Part shown: positions 52,001 through 64,000 of the stretch, one piece after another
Layout: each line of letters starts with the position of its first letter
How positions within the stretch are numbered: the first letter of the stretch is position 1
Assembly (NCBI GenBank): GCA_051453625.1
Contig: JBOZIK010000001.1
Coordinates: 28,398,589 to 28,462,588, forward strand
Reading direction: 5' to 3'
DNA length: 64,000 nucleotides
Origin: Welwitschia mirabilis
Lineage: Eukaryota
The notes under the pieces: model-generated
Told to the model about the DNA's origin: nothing
Database searches by the model: none
What the model saw: the letters and a program-made list of their open reading frames with translations, nothing else
Translations under genes and position numbers: made by a program

Positions 52001-55000
52001 ATGCTTTCCTCTCTACAAGTTCTATGACAAACACCCAACCAAGCTCTCATTAGAAGGTTATGTGAATGTGGTTGGTAAAAAATGGGCTCCACTATGTTTT
52101 CCAAGGAAGGAAGTGTTTTTAATTCTAAAGGAATTTAAAGCTATTGGGATATTTTTGAGTTTAACATAATAAGTTTGAAGTGGATTTTAATGTGTTTGAT
52201 TTTACATGTTTAAAGTGCATTTACTAGATTCATCACTTTAAGTCTACATAAAATCTCTATATTTCTCTTTCATTACTTTTATGTTTTAGTGACTTAAAAT
52301 ATGCATCTTGGGACATTTCAAATATCCATGAAAGTTCTATATTAAATTGAAGCACTCACTTACCATATAATGTGGGTCTAGTTCATGAGATTTTCTAAAG
52401 GCTAAAAAGGAATAGAGATAAGTAGCCCTTCTCTAGAATGTTTCATTTCATTTATGACACATAAAATATATGCTATTCACTCTTACTTTTATTCTTATTT
52501 TAAAGTCATGAACCATTTGCTAGAAAATTTTTCATGTATATATCTTTTAAAAAATTGCTTATCTATTGTCTTTATTTTGCACACATGTAGTTTAGCTAGT
52601 AATTATCTAGTCATTTTCCTCTTTGAGTGCACATTGGTAGTTTGTGAGGTTTTGTTCTTTTTAGCTTCTTCTCACTTTTTAATTTCAATTTTGGATATTT
52701 CTTAAGTATCATAATCCCAAAATACATTTTTCAAATCAATTGGAATAAAAGCAAGATTTACTTATTTTAATTATTTTTACTTCCTTAGATCCTCTTTTCT
52801 GATCTGGATAGATTAAGCTAAGTTCAATGGTTAACAACATCGACTTAGCTTAAGTATATTACAATCCGTCATTTTACCCTTATGTTTTTTAGTTTCTTTT
52901 TTTTTCACACACAATACATACTTAGAACATTTTTGTTGCGTAAGGGTTAAAATTAAAAATTACTTTCACTACTCCTAAACAGCTAATATTTTTCATTGGT
53001 AATAAGTCTTGGTTATTGGTGGGCATGAGGAGCCTTACCTAGAGAGAGATCTATGTTAGGTAATACTATCCTCTAAACTTTTTATATAGTTTTAACTTCC
53101 ATAACTATGAAGTTTATGGTATATGAAGAGTTGTGTATCTCTTAAGTAAAAAAAATGTTTTAGGCATCTTGAACTCTAGATTCCAATGCATGCCTTAGTA
53201 ATTAAGGGTGTAATGGATAACAACCAAAGGTAAAGTAATAGGGACTGAGTCTAAGATATATGTAGATTACCAAGATTACATTATACTCTTCCTTAATGAG
53301 GTATATAGCTAAAGTAATCAAAATTATTTAATGACTTGAAAGTCCCATTGATGACTCATGCTTTGTCTTTTTACTTTCTTTTGAGACAAGGGTACTCCAT
53401 TGGAGAAGACAAGATCACTACCTAGATTTAGAAGTAAGATTTTAAAATTGATAAACCTATATTTTTATTACTTAATAATTAATATCATCCCTATTTCATC
53501 AAAATATACTGTGCTTAATAAGAAATACTTAAACAAATTACCTTGTTTCTTTTTTTTCATGCAAGTAGAAATCTAATTTGGTGTTTTTAGGATTTGTCAT
53601 TGATTTTTATCAAATCTAGTAAATTGGATAGATCATTGACTTGTGAATGTGAAAAAGATCCCTTTTAAATTTAATATACCTTTTTATAAATATTTTTGTA
53701 GACATTTTTAGTGTTATTATGACTGGAATATTCCATTTGAAGTTGTAGATTTGTGAAAGGTCCCTTCTGAAATCAATTATCTTTTCATTTTTTTTCTCTT
53801 ACTTTCTCTTCTCTATGATTGATTTCTCTTTTCTATGATTAATAAGTGCTCTTTATGTGAAGAATAGATCTATTGTTTAGTTATGGATGTAAGCAAGATC
53901 CCTTGAAAATTGATCATTACTCACAACTTATAATGCTATTATTAGATTTCTTTAAATTATAATAACCTCAAAGGGTAATTTTTATATACTATTAGACTCC
54001 TTCCTAGTGAGCATTGGAATCATGATCAACATTAGAGTTACATTTTAAGATGATTATTTATGATGGGATTAACATAATGCCTTTATATCTACCATGTGTA
54101 TTTATAGTTTTGACAAATATTTCTTTGAGAAATCACATGTTATTCTTTAAAACTAACATTAATGTTATTCTTAGAGAAATATTAATAGAAAATTGATAAA
54201 TATTATCTAAAAATTAGTATATTTCCAACACAAAAAGATGATTAATAGAAATTAGATAAGGTATACCAACTGTTACACTTTATGGGATATATTATACTTA
54301 AAGAATATTTTATAGCTTATAAACCTCTACAATCATGAACAACTTACATTATGAAAAAGGAAAAGGTTGTTGAAATTAACTTGTAGAACCAAGTATGCAT
54401 CACGTCAACTTGATTATATGTTATTTAGAGGATCCATCTTTACATAACTACATTATTTTATTACATAGTAAAAGGAAAGTATCATAAATAACCTTTGATA
54501 CACTTAATAATAATCTTATAGTTGTTAGAGTACAATTCCACTTACTAGTACTTTATCCTTTGAAGCTACATTTAATGTATTACATCGTTATAGTAAATAG
54601 TGAATAATGTTTCAACATACAATCTATGAACAAACACCCTTCTCATGTCAAATAACATGATAAGGATAAAGCCTCTTAAAAATAGCAAGTAGGGCTAACT
54701 CCTTAGTGTAATTAAACTTACTTAAGAAAGAATCCATCTTAGAGTAATGTTACTCCTCAGAAGAAAGAGTATCAATGCTTTCATTATAGAAGACAAGGTT
54801 ATACGACTAATTTTTTAGGATATCTTAGGACAAAATCAAATTTAGACCTAAGATTAATGTAGTTATTGAGAATTATGGCTCTATAAAGGATGATGAATAT
54901 TATGAATTTAATGATATCTTTCACAATCATTAATTTGGATACATGAGTTAAAATTTACCTTATGATAAATCTTGAATTCTAGATACTAATGAAATCAACT

Positions 55001-55739
55001 ATATGACATATAAGCATGATCATTTTAATGACTTTGTATCATAACCTAATTAAGTTTAATTACAAAGTATACTTTGGTTCCTATGAAAGATCATGGCCTA
55101 ATCACTTTTTAGTTTCCTTCTTTTTTATAGTAAAGGATCTATTGTGTTCTTCATGTTTTCTATTTAAAGCCTCTTATTTTATTTCTCATAGTTACCTTTA
55201 AAATGAGCTCTGTGTAGTGAATGAGCTCTACACAATAAAGGGTACTCTAAGGTAAAGAGCGCTTTAAGCATGTGGTGCACTTTAAGCATGTGACAAATGA
55301 CACATTAGGCATCAACTAGCGGCATTTTCTGAATGTTATTGTTGACTCATGATTGAAGAGGTTTTCATCTTTCCACTCTAATAAGTTTATACAGCCATTT
55401 TTTTGCTTCGTATTACAAGTGCCAATTTGAGGTTTAGTACTTTTTTGGTAGTGTTGAATCTCATATGCCTAGCACATTTATGTTAAGACCAGAAGCTTAA
55501 GGGCTATAGAGATATACCATGATCACCTTCTTTTTTAACACTGAGACCCCCTGTCTTTTTTTATTAATAAGATCCCTTAGCTATTCTCTAATAATCCCCT
55601 ATTTCCTAAAGAATTACTTTAATAGACTCTCCATCTAATTTTTATATAGTCAAACCTTCATTAGCAAACATTACATCTAATAAAAGGAGTAAAGAAAAAG
55701 AAATGTCCCTCAAATTTATCTTAAAACAATATGCAAAGA

Positions 55740-57158
55740 ATAGGTTTGTATAAATTGAGCTTGATGAATGAGAGTAGGGAAAATTAATGTAGATACACTT
55801 CCTAGTAGGCTATGTTTTTGGCCTTACTCCCAGTCCTTTTTGTATGAAAAGATTCACAAAATCAAGATGAACAAATGATAGTTTACTAGAGGTACACTAT
55901 GATAGAGGGATATTGATCTATGGATTTGACTCCCATGAAAATATGAACAAGATTCTAGAGGAGGGACCATGGCCCTTCAATAATATACCTTTAATTATTT
56001 AGCCTTGGATACTTAAACTAGATTTTAGAGTGATAGAGATTAAGTTATTCCCATTATAAGTCAAGTTCCCACACTTAAAACTGAATTTGTGGTCCATATC
56101 CATGCTAAGCAAGATTGCAAGCATTATAAGTAGATCAATGTGCAAAGATGCTATAACTACATGTAAAGGAATACTTGCCTATTATTGTGTCTACATTGAA
56201 GTCTCCATAAAAGCAGAACTTTCCATAGAACTCAAACTAAGAAGCCTACATGGTAGAGAATTTAGCTAGGGAGTGGAGTATAAGTGGGCTCCTTCTAGAC
56301 ACACACAATGTAAAATGATCATCCATGCCACCATTGACTGTGTCAAGAAGACAACAAAAAAGGGATATCAAAAGCCCTTGGAATAGTAGTTACTAAAGAA
56401 GATAATTTAAATCATTCTCACTTATAGGTGACTAGCATAATGTTCCCTTCAGAAGTAATAAGAGTAAATCCGACAAGCTCAAAAAATTATGAAGAATCAT
56501 CTCCCATTTGTGAAGCTTATAATATTGATCTTGATAAGGAGTATGCATTATAAAGGCACACAAAACTAGATAAATCCATAGCTAAACCTAATAATTCAAA
56601 TCATCTAGGGGAAGAAACTAAATTTATTGGTACGTCATGGAACAAATAAAGGAAAAAAAACTAGAAACCTCCATATCCAAGCTAGAAGGTAGCTTAGGAA
56701 TAAGGCTAGACTAGAACCTACCCAAGCAGTCTAAATGCGCATAGCCTCTTAGAATATAAGAGGGCTATGCATCCAAAGCAAATAAAAAGAACTTTGTAAT
56801 TTAGTTCTTAGAAATAAACTCAATTTCATTGGCATGATAGAAACTAAGATGCATACAACCTCTATAGATAAATTCATTCATAGCTATTTTATAGGATGGA
56901 GCTATTATTATAATTTTCATTTTTTTTTAATAATGAAAGAATTCTCTTAGTATGAAACCCATCAGTTCTTGATTTTTCCCCTATACATAGATCAGCATAA
57001 AGTATTCATTATTTTTTGGAGCCTAAGGATAATACCAAAGGATTTACTATCATAGTAGTGTATGGCTTAAATACATGAGGCTAAAGAAGATCATTCTATC
57101 AAGAACTTGGCAAATTATTATCTTTAGTTACAAGCCTCTAAATAGTACTTGATGATTT
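55740..57158 (+). mobile_element. LINE 5' part (ORF1 DUF4283-like region plus start of the endonuclease), cut by the copia insertion
   Basis: KILEEGPWPFNNIPLII*PW (~55950-56010), VKFPHLKLNLWSISMLSKIASII (56060-56130), IAS*NIRGL and FIGMIETKM (56740-56850). Confidence 0.75.
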
Positions 57159-58747
57159 TATTAGATTATATTTACCAATTGATGTCAAACTAATATCTCT
57201 TATGTAGTGCAAATATTATATCTTTTGTATAGATGAGATTGAGTTTTGCAGGTTGAGAGAAGTGGACCAAAATATGCATCAGAAACCTATTGAGCTAATT
57301 GACCCTCTAGTTGGGATCAATTGAATCCTAAAGGGATCAACTATGCATGAATCTATTAAGAGAAAAATGAACTAAATCCAAAGGAGTTAACTGAATTCTA
57401 ATGGGGTTGACCAGACCTATAACCTGGAAGTCAATATCTCTAAACTAAATGGAAAGGAATCGATTAGATTTTTATGGGATCAACTAGATTCGAGGAACTG
57501 ATAGGTAATAATCCTAGAATGAGAGGTAAGGGGTTAACTGGACCCAAGATGAGATCAACTAGATTGGAGTTGACTAAACCCAAATGGAGTCAACTAGACT
57601 TAGAGACAAAAAATCTTAAGATAATCGAATTTCTCTCTTGGATGATCTGAGTAATTCATGATACCACATGAGGTAGATCAGATTTTTGTGGGGTTAACTA
57701 GATGGCATGGAAAAGAAAAATTTCTAAATGTTATGTATCCATTTCCTAATGTTAACTAGTCATTTCCTAGTTGTTTATAGTTATTGAAGGCATAATTCAT
57801 TTGTAATAAACCCTATTACCCCTTCATTATAAATAGCTATGATATTGTTGACCTAAAGATATTTTAGCACTATTATTATTTGGTACAATCATTATGGATA
57901 TAAAAGATTAAGCAGTAATTTCATTAGTATATCATTGTACTGTTTCACATCTAACTTGAGAAAATTCATCACTGGTACAAGTACTTCATTCTTGTTATAT
58001 CTAAGAGCTTTATTATTGTGATCTACTGAAGAAGAGCTTCATTCATTATACTGCTATAGAACATGTGATATCTGTTCAACTAAGGCATTACCTCATCACT
58101 TTCATCATTTCTAAAGGTTGAGACTTAGCCTTAAAAAGTCCATGCTATAGGTTAAGACTTAGCCTTAAAAAGTTTAGTTGTAAGGATTACANNNNNNNNN
58201 NNNNNNNNNNNNNNNNNNNNNNNNNNNNNNNNNNNNNNNNNNNNNNNNNNNNNNNNNNNNNNNNNNNNNNNNNNNNNNNNNNNNNNNNNNNAAGATCAGA
58301 CTGTATTTTCATTGGTGTATCATTGTATTGCTTCACATCTGATTGAGGAGATCTATCTTTGGTAAAAGTCTGCTTGTAAGAGTTACAGGTGAATCTGCCA
58401 AAACCTGTGGAGTAACAAAGATCTAAGATCAAGCTTGGGAGAAGCTGATCGTCAAGAGTGGAGTAGTTCTCAAACCACTATATATCTAGTATGCATCAAA
58501 ATTAGTAGTTTGTGCATTTCATTTTTGATTTCTTACTTTAGTTTTTCATTATTGTATGCAATTTCTTATATTAGTTATTTTCATATATAAGCTGTGCTTA
58601 GATATGTTTAAATATTTTGGTTTTGGAATAGGTTTTTAAAAGAACCTATTCACCCCTCCTCTAAGGTTCTCAATCTTATCATTTGGTATCAGAGCTTAGG
58701 TTAGTCATTGATAGATTTTAACCAATCTTGATTTTAGAACCCTTAAA

Positions 58748-60720
58748 ATGAGTAACCCATTTGATGGATTTTCGATTGGTCATCCATCTATGTTCGATGG
58801 TTTAAACTATGCCTATTGGAAAGTTAGGATGAAAATTTGTCTTAGATATCTGGATGCCGATATAGAGGAAGTTATTTACAAAGGATATACTATGCCTATG
58901 ATAACTTAAACAAATGCAAATGGTCATAATATCTTAGTTCTCAAATTTTGAGACCAATGGATACTAATAGATAAAGCAAAAGCTACCATTGATGCTGGTG
59001 CTCTTAATGCAATCATTTGTGAAATATATGTAGATGAATTTAAAAGAAGCATAAACTATACTAATGCTAAGGAAACTTGGAATATTTTAGAAGTGGAACA
59101 TAAAGAAACATCCACTATTAAATAAGTAAAATTTTACATGCTTATTTCTAAGTTTGAAGATATTCATATGGATGAAGAAGAAACCTTGCAAGAAATTTTT
59201 GCTAGACTTACAGATATTGTGAACTTAATGACAAGCCTTAGAAAATGCATGGAGAAAAGGAAAGTGGTAAGAAAAGTTCTGAGTTCCCTACCAAGAGATT
59301 CAAACCGAAGGTGACAACCATAGAAAAAAGCAAAAACATCAATGTCATGATGTTGGAAGAACTTCAAGTAATATTTAAATTTATTAGCTTAAGTTTACTA
59401 AAAATAGAAAAAAAGGTATTACTTTGTAATGTATGCAGAAGGACTATAGATCAGACAAGTCAAATAAAAAAGTTAATGATGATGAAGTGGCTCTTCTAGC
59501 TAGGTGATTAAAAAGTTTCTTTACATAAAAAAGGAAGGAGAATCAAGTAGGAATTTAAGGAGAAGCAACTCAAAGCAAAGAAAAGAACAAAAAAGGAAAA
59601 AGGAAATCCAATGCTATTCATTCAAAATATTTGGACATATGGCCAATGAGTATCCTAATACTAGGAGAGAAAAAAAGAAGTCTAAAAACTCTTCATTCAT
59701 GACTACTTGAGATATTGAAGATGATGAAGATGATAAGAACTACTCAGATCATGGATTAGACAGAGATAGAAGGTTATCTTTCATGGCTTTAATACCATTA
59801 CTTAAAAATGTACTTAGTACTTCTATGATAAATGATTTGGATATGATTGATAAAGAGAAAGATAAGCTAGAAGCCACATGTCAAGAATTGTATGAAGAAT
59901 ATGAGAAGCTTACTAAGAGAGTCAATGAGTTAAATAAAATGGTAAAGACCATTACAAAAGAAAAGGAGAAAGGAAGTGGAAGCTCAAATCCGATAACATC
60001 AGGTTAACTACTCAGGTAAATGATCTCTTATTTTTTGTAAATAAACTTTTTGGTAGTTCATCTAAATTGGAACAGATGCTTAAAGTATGAAATCCAAATG
60101 GAGACAAATCAGATATTGGCTTTGGTGTACAAATATCAGGAAAACAGGTAAACTAAATAAGTAAGTATGTGCCTACACTTTTGTGCTATTTTCATGTTAG
60201 ATTTGGTCGTTCTAAATCTTTTTGTAAAGTTAGACATTTAATTTTTTTTTTAAAAATATGAACTCATTGTCTTTTAAGTTTATGCCTAAGAAAAATGTAT
60301 CACCTAAGTTAAATAAGACTAAGTGAGTTAAAGCTAATAATCTTCAAAGCTTTGTGACATAGATAGATTTTAGATGATCACATTTGAATAGTTAGTATTT
60401 AGATAATGACTGTTCAATGCATATGATAGGAGATCAATCAAGGTTTTAGAACTTGAAGAGCATAAATGGAGGAGAAGTTATTTTTAAAAACAACCAAACA
60501 ACAAAAATAGAAGGTATAGGATGCATCAAAGGAGGTATGTTATCTAAACTTGATAATGTACTTTATTTTAATAGTTTGCAACATAACTTATTAAGTTTAG
60601 TCAACTTTGTGATAAAGGGCATCAAATAATTTTTAATAAATAAAAATACATTGTTGTGAATGAGAAAATGAATGTTGCTATTTTTCTTACAAAACTTATT
60701 GATAATGCTTATGTATTAGA
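58748..60720 (+). pseudogene. Decayed copia gag-protease
   Basis: FDGLNYAYWKVRM, AKETWNILEV, zinc-knuckle relic QCYSFKIFGHMANEYP, WYLDSGCSRHMTG-like motif, HNLLSLVN. Numerous stops. Confidence 0.8.
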
Positions 60721-61269
60721 TGTTAAATCATTTGATCAAATATTCCATGCAAACCAAAACTTTAGGAAAGATTTTGATAAAATTGAATGTTACTCTATCA
60801 ATTCTAATGAAACCCTTAATACTCGTAATCAATTGAATAATCATGGAAGTGACCTAGAGGTTAAGATGCCATATGATTTGGTTAACTAAATGTGATTGGC
60901 TGACCGGATTGAGAGCCCAGCCAACTAGACCTCTTCCAGTACTATAGACCCATGTCTCAATGAGTAGACCAAATGTTCAAGTGGTTAACTAGACCTGACA
61001 GATTACAGTGTGGAAGTGCAGTTGGTGGACCTAGTTTCTTTCTTAAATTTGCCCTATTTCCTTCAGTTTATAAAAGAGATAGAAATCTAACTTGAGTTCA
61101 TTGTGTTCTAGTGCCTCTAAGCTTTCAGATCTAGTGAGTTTCTTTTAAGATCTAGAGATTTTGCTTTTAGATCTAGTGCTTTTCTCAGTTCTCTTTCTTT
61201 CAAGGGTCTTATAATAACTACTACCTCTTCTAAGAGAGGTNNNNNNNNNNTTTCTACTTTTACTAGGGC

Positions 61270-62230
61270 ATGTCTGAAGAAGATGTTGACAAGTTTTTTG
61301 AGAAGTTTAAAAAGAAAGATATGTATCAAGAGTAGTTTATAGCTACATTAAAGCTCAGAAAACTCAAGGAGGTAATCCAGCTCTTAAGAGATCAAGATTT
61401 AGACCATTTCTTGGATTTCTCAGGTCCTGCCTATTTTTTTCTTACTAGGATTTTTTATTGTAATGCTTCTTTTAACCATGATACTAGGACTTTTAAAATC
61501 CTTGTTTTGTGTAGAAGGATTAGAGTGACTGCAAACCTTATCTCTTAGCTAACAGATCTTCTAAAGGGAGACTATGAGGAGTTTTGGCCTCTCAGAGACT
61601 CCATGAAAGATAAACTGGTAATAACCAGGGAGCTTTGTGGTAGAGTAGATTCTTGAAAACATACTTTATCTACTTCTTTGTTGACTCCCAGATATCATTT
61701 CATTCATTCGATTTACTTATAACTTTCTTCCTTTCACTAGTCATCATGATGAAGCCTCCAGTTACAGAGCATATTTGATGTATTTAGCAAGAACTGAGTA
61801 TTCTATTAATGCTTCTTTCATAATACTAAAGAATATGGCTTCATGGTTGGAGTATCATAGAACTAAGGCTCTACCCTATGCTATGCTTATCACTATAATC
61901 TATCACCATTTTTGTATTAATCTACATACTTCATTGGAGTCTCTTTAGCCTTTATCAATCATTCTACATGCAACTTTGTCTTGCATGCATATCTTCACCC
62001 CTTTAAAGAAATTCCCTTATAAAACTCCAAAAAAAATATCTTGAAATGAGATTATTTCATATCTAAAGTAGATTAACTTCTATACTAGACACATGAAAGA
62101 AGACCTTATTGTAGATGGATATGACATTACAGATACCTCAATTGAGGGTACTGGATCTGCTCATACTGGGGAAGATGAAGAATATTCAGAGGAAGAATCT
62201 GAAGAGGAAAAAGAAGAAGAGGAAGAATAA
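61270..62230 (+). pseudogene. Putative Sirevirus env-like / extra ORF relic
   Basis: Lies between the pol remnant and the multi-PPT region. Starts MSEEDVDKF, contains LTRIFYCN and ALPYAMLITII motifs typical of such extra ORFs, and ends in an acidic EEESEEEKEEEEE* tail. Confidence 0.45.
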
Positions 62231-64000
62231 AATTAAAATTTCTTATCTTTTTAATCATGCTTTAGTGTTCTTTTCTTACCCTTGTTCTCAAAAAGAGAAG
62301 ATTTTTATTATGCTTGTTTGATAATTTTGAGATGTATTCACTTGAAGAGAACATTTTATTTTCTAGTTATAATCCTTATTAAAACTTGTAATGTTTTGTC
62401 TCTTAAAAAAAATTAGTAATCTATTTTAGCACAATTTTTTTCTGTATCACTTTACATCATTTCGTATATCTCATTTTTGTAAGTATAAATTATATGTGCT
62501 TATTTTAGAGAGGTTAAATTATTATCTCAATTAAAAATGAACTGAAATATTTGTGTCATTTAAATAAATGAGTGTTTCTGATCACATTTGAATTATCATT
62601 TGATATCATTATGTTTTCTCAAATTATGCATAATCAAATTGTATTATTTAAGAGCACAAAATTTTGTCTATTCAAAATGCCTAAATGTGTGTCAATATTT
62701 GGATCATTCCTTTCACATGTGGTATCAAGATAGGGGAGAAAAATTTGATATTTCTTGCCGTATATCTAAGTTTTATGTTTATTTGCCATTGATGTCAAAG
62801 GGGAAGAGACGATGTAGTGCTTTTAAAGTATCCTGTCAAAGAGGGAGAAAATGATTTGTTTTAGAAATGCTTTCACCCTTTTTGTTTAACTGTCTATATG
62901 ACTTGATGAAAGGGGAAGTTTTTTTATTATATTGTGCCTAAAATTAGTTGGTGAAAGAGCTTAAATACGTTCAAATTTTGAAATCACTTATTTGTTTGCC
63001 ATCAATGTCAAAGTGGGAGATTGTTAGATTATATTTGCCGATTGATGTCAAACTAATATCTTTTGTGTAGAACATATGGTATCTTTTATGCAGATAAGTT
63101 TGAATTTTGCAGGTTGAAAGAATTGGACCAAAATATACACTAGAAACCTGCTGAGTTAATTTACCCTCCAGTAGGGTTGACTGGATCTTAAAGGGGTCGA
63201 CCGCACCTGAAGCTTTCAAAGGAAAAGGACTACAACCAGAAGGGTCGACCGGATTCTAATGGGGTCGACCGGACCTGTAACCTGGAAATCAGTATCCCTG
63301 AACCGAATGGAAAGGGGTTTACCGAATTTTCATGGGGTCNNNNNNNNNNNNNNNNNNNNNNNNNNNNNNNNNNNNNNNNNNNNNNNNNNNNNNNNNNNNN
63401 NNNNNNNNNNNNNNNNNNNNNNNNNNNNNNNNNNNNNNNNNNNNNNNNNNNNNNNNNNNNNNNNNNNNNNNNNNNNNNNNNNNNNNNNNNNNNNNNNNNN
63501 NNNNNNNNNNNNNNNNNNNNNNNNNNNNNNNNNNNNNNNNNNNNNNNNNNNNNNNNNNNNNNNNNNNNNNNNNNNNNNNNNNNNNNNNNNNNNNNNNNNN
63601 NNNNNNNNNNNNNNNNNNNNNNNNNNNNNNNNNNNNNNNNNNNTCAATTGAATCCTAAAGGAGTCGACTGCATCTGAAGCTGTCAAGAAAAAATGGATTG
63701 AACCCAGAGGGTTCGACTAGATTTTGATGGGGCTGACTAGACCTATATCCTAGAAGTCAGTATTCTTGAACCAAATGGAAAGGGGTCGACTAGATTTTCA
63801 TGGGGTTGACTGGATTTGAAGAGTTGATAGGTAATAGTCCTAGATCAAGAGGCAAGGAGTCGATTGGACCTAGGATGAGGTTGAGAGGACCCAAATGGGG
63901 TCAACCAGACTTGGAGATGTAAAAACCTAGGATAACCAAATTTCTCTCTTAGGCAACCTAAGTAATTCATGACACCACATGGGGTCAACTGGATTTTTAT

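Larger units (their letters stand above)
57159..64000 (+). mobile_element. Ty1/copia Sirevirus (SIRE/Maximus)-like LTR element, internally deleted; 3' LTR runs off the window
   Basis: 5' LTR 57159-58681 with an ATTCACCCCTCCTCTA motif near its end. PBS TGGTATCAGAGC at 58684-58695. Gag MSNPFDGFSIGHPSMFDGLNYAYWKVRMK from 58748. Protease relic *YLDNDCSMHMIG at ~60393. Several AAAGGGG-type purine tracts precede the 3' LTR, which starts TGTTAG at 63022. Confidence 0.85.

Noticed and set aside
49600-55700. AT-rich stretch with scattered short ORFs and faint TE-like motifs
   Set aside because: No ordered motif series could be supported by eye; probably ancient TE debris.
57280-57710. Semi-regular short repeats as a CRISPR-like array
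   Set aside because: Irregularly spaced degenerate palindromes inside a plant LTR, with no constant repeat/spacer structure and no cas genes.

Overview
Eukaryotic (angiosperm-like) nuclear DNA. It is AT-rich, dominated by transposons, and has seven N gaps. One gene looks intact: a ZAT/EPF-type C2H2 zinc-finger EAR repressor on the minus strand (10759-11733) whose two fingers both deviate from the QALGGH consensus. The most unusual structure is a ~9.4 kb Ty3/gypsy chromovirus (Reina-like) composite at 24483-33921. It has three LTRs and a single 5-bp TSD (TTTAG), and it encloses an inverted, CpG-rich promoter plus exon 1 of an R2R3-MYB gene. This composite appears to have inserted into a decayed ACC-synthase-like gene, next to decayed TauE/SafE gene copies. 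One internal join is a 100-N scaffold gap, so mis-assembly cannot be excluded. The rest of the window consists of decayed L1-like LINEs (one with a clean 12-bp TSD), Athila-like gypsy LTRs and remnants, and an internally deleted Sirevirus-like copia element, often nested. All calls are by-eye translations and motif recognition; no database searches were run. I found no RNA genes, CRISPR arrays or prokaryotic systems.
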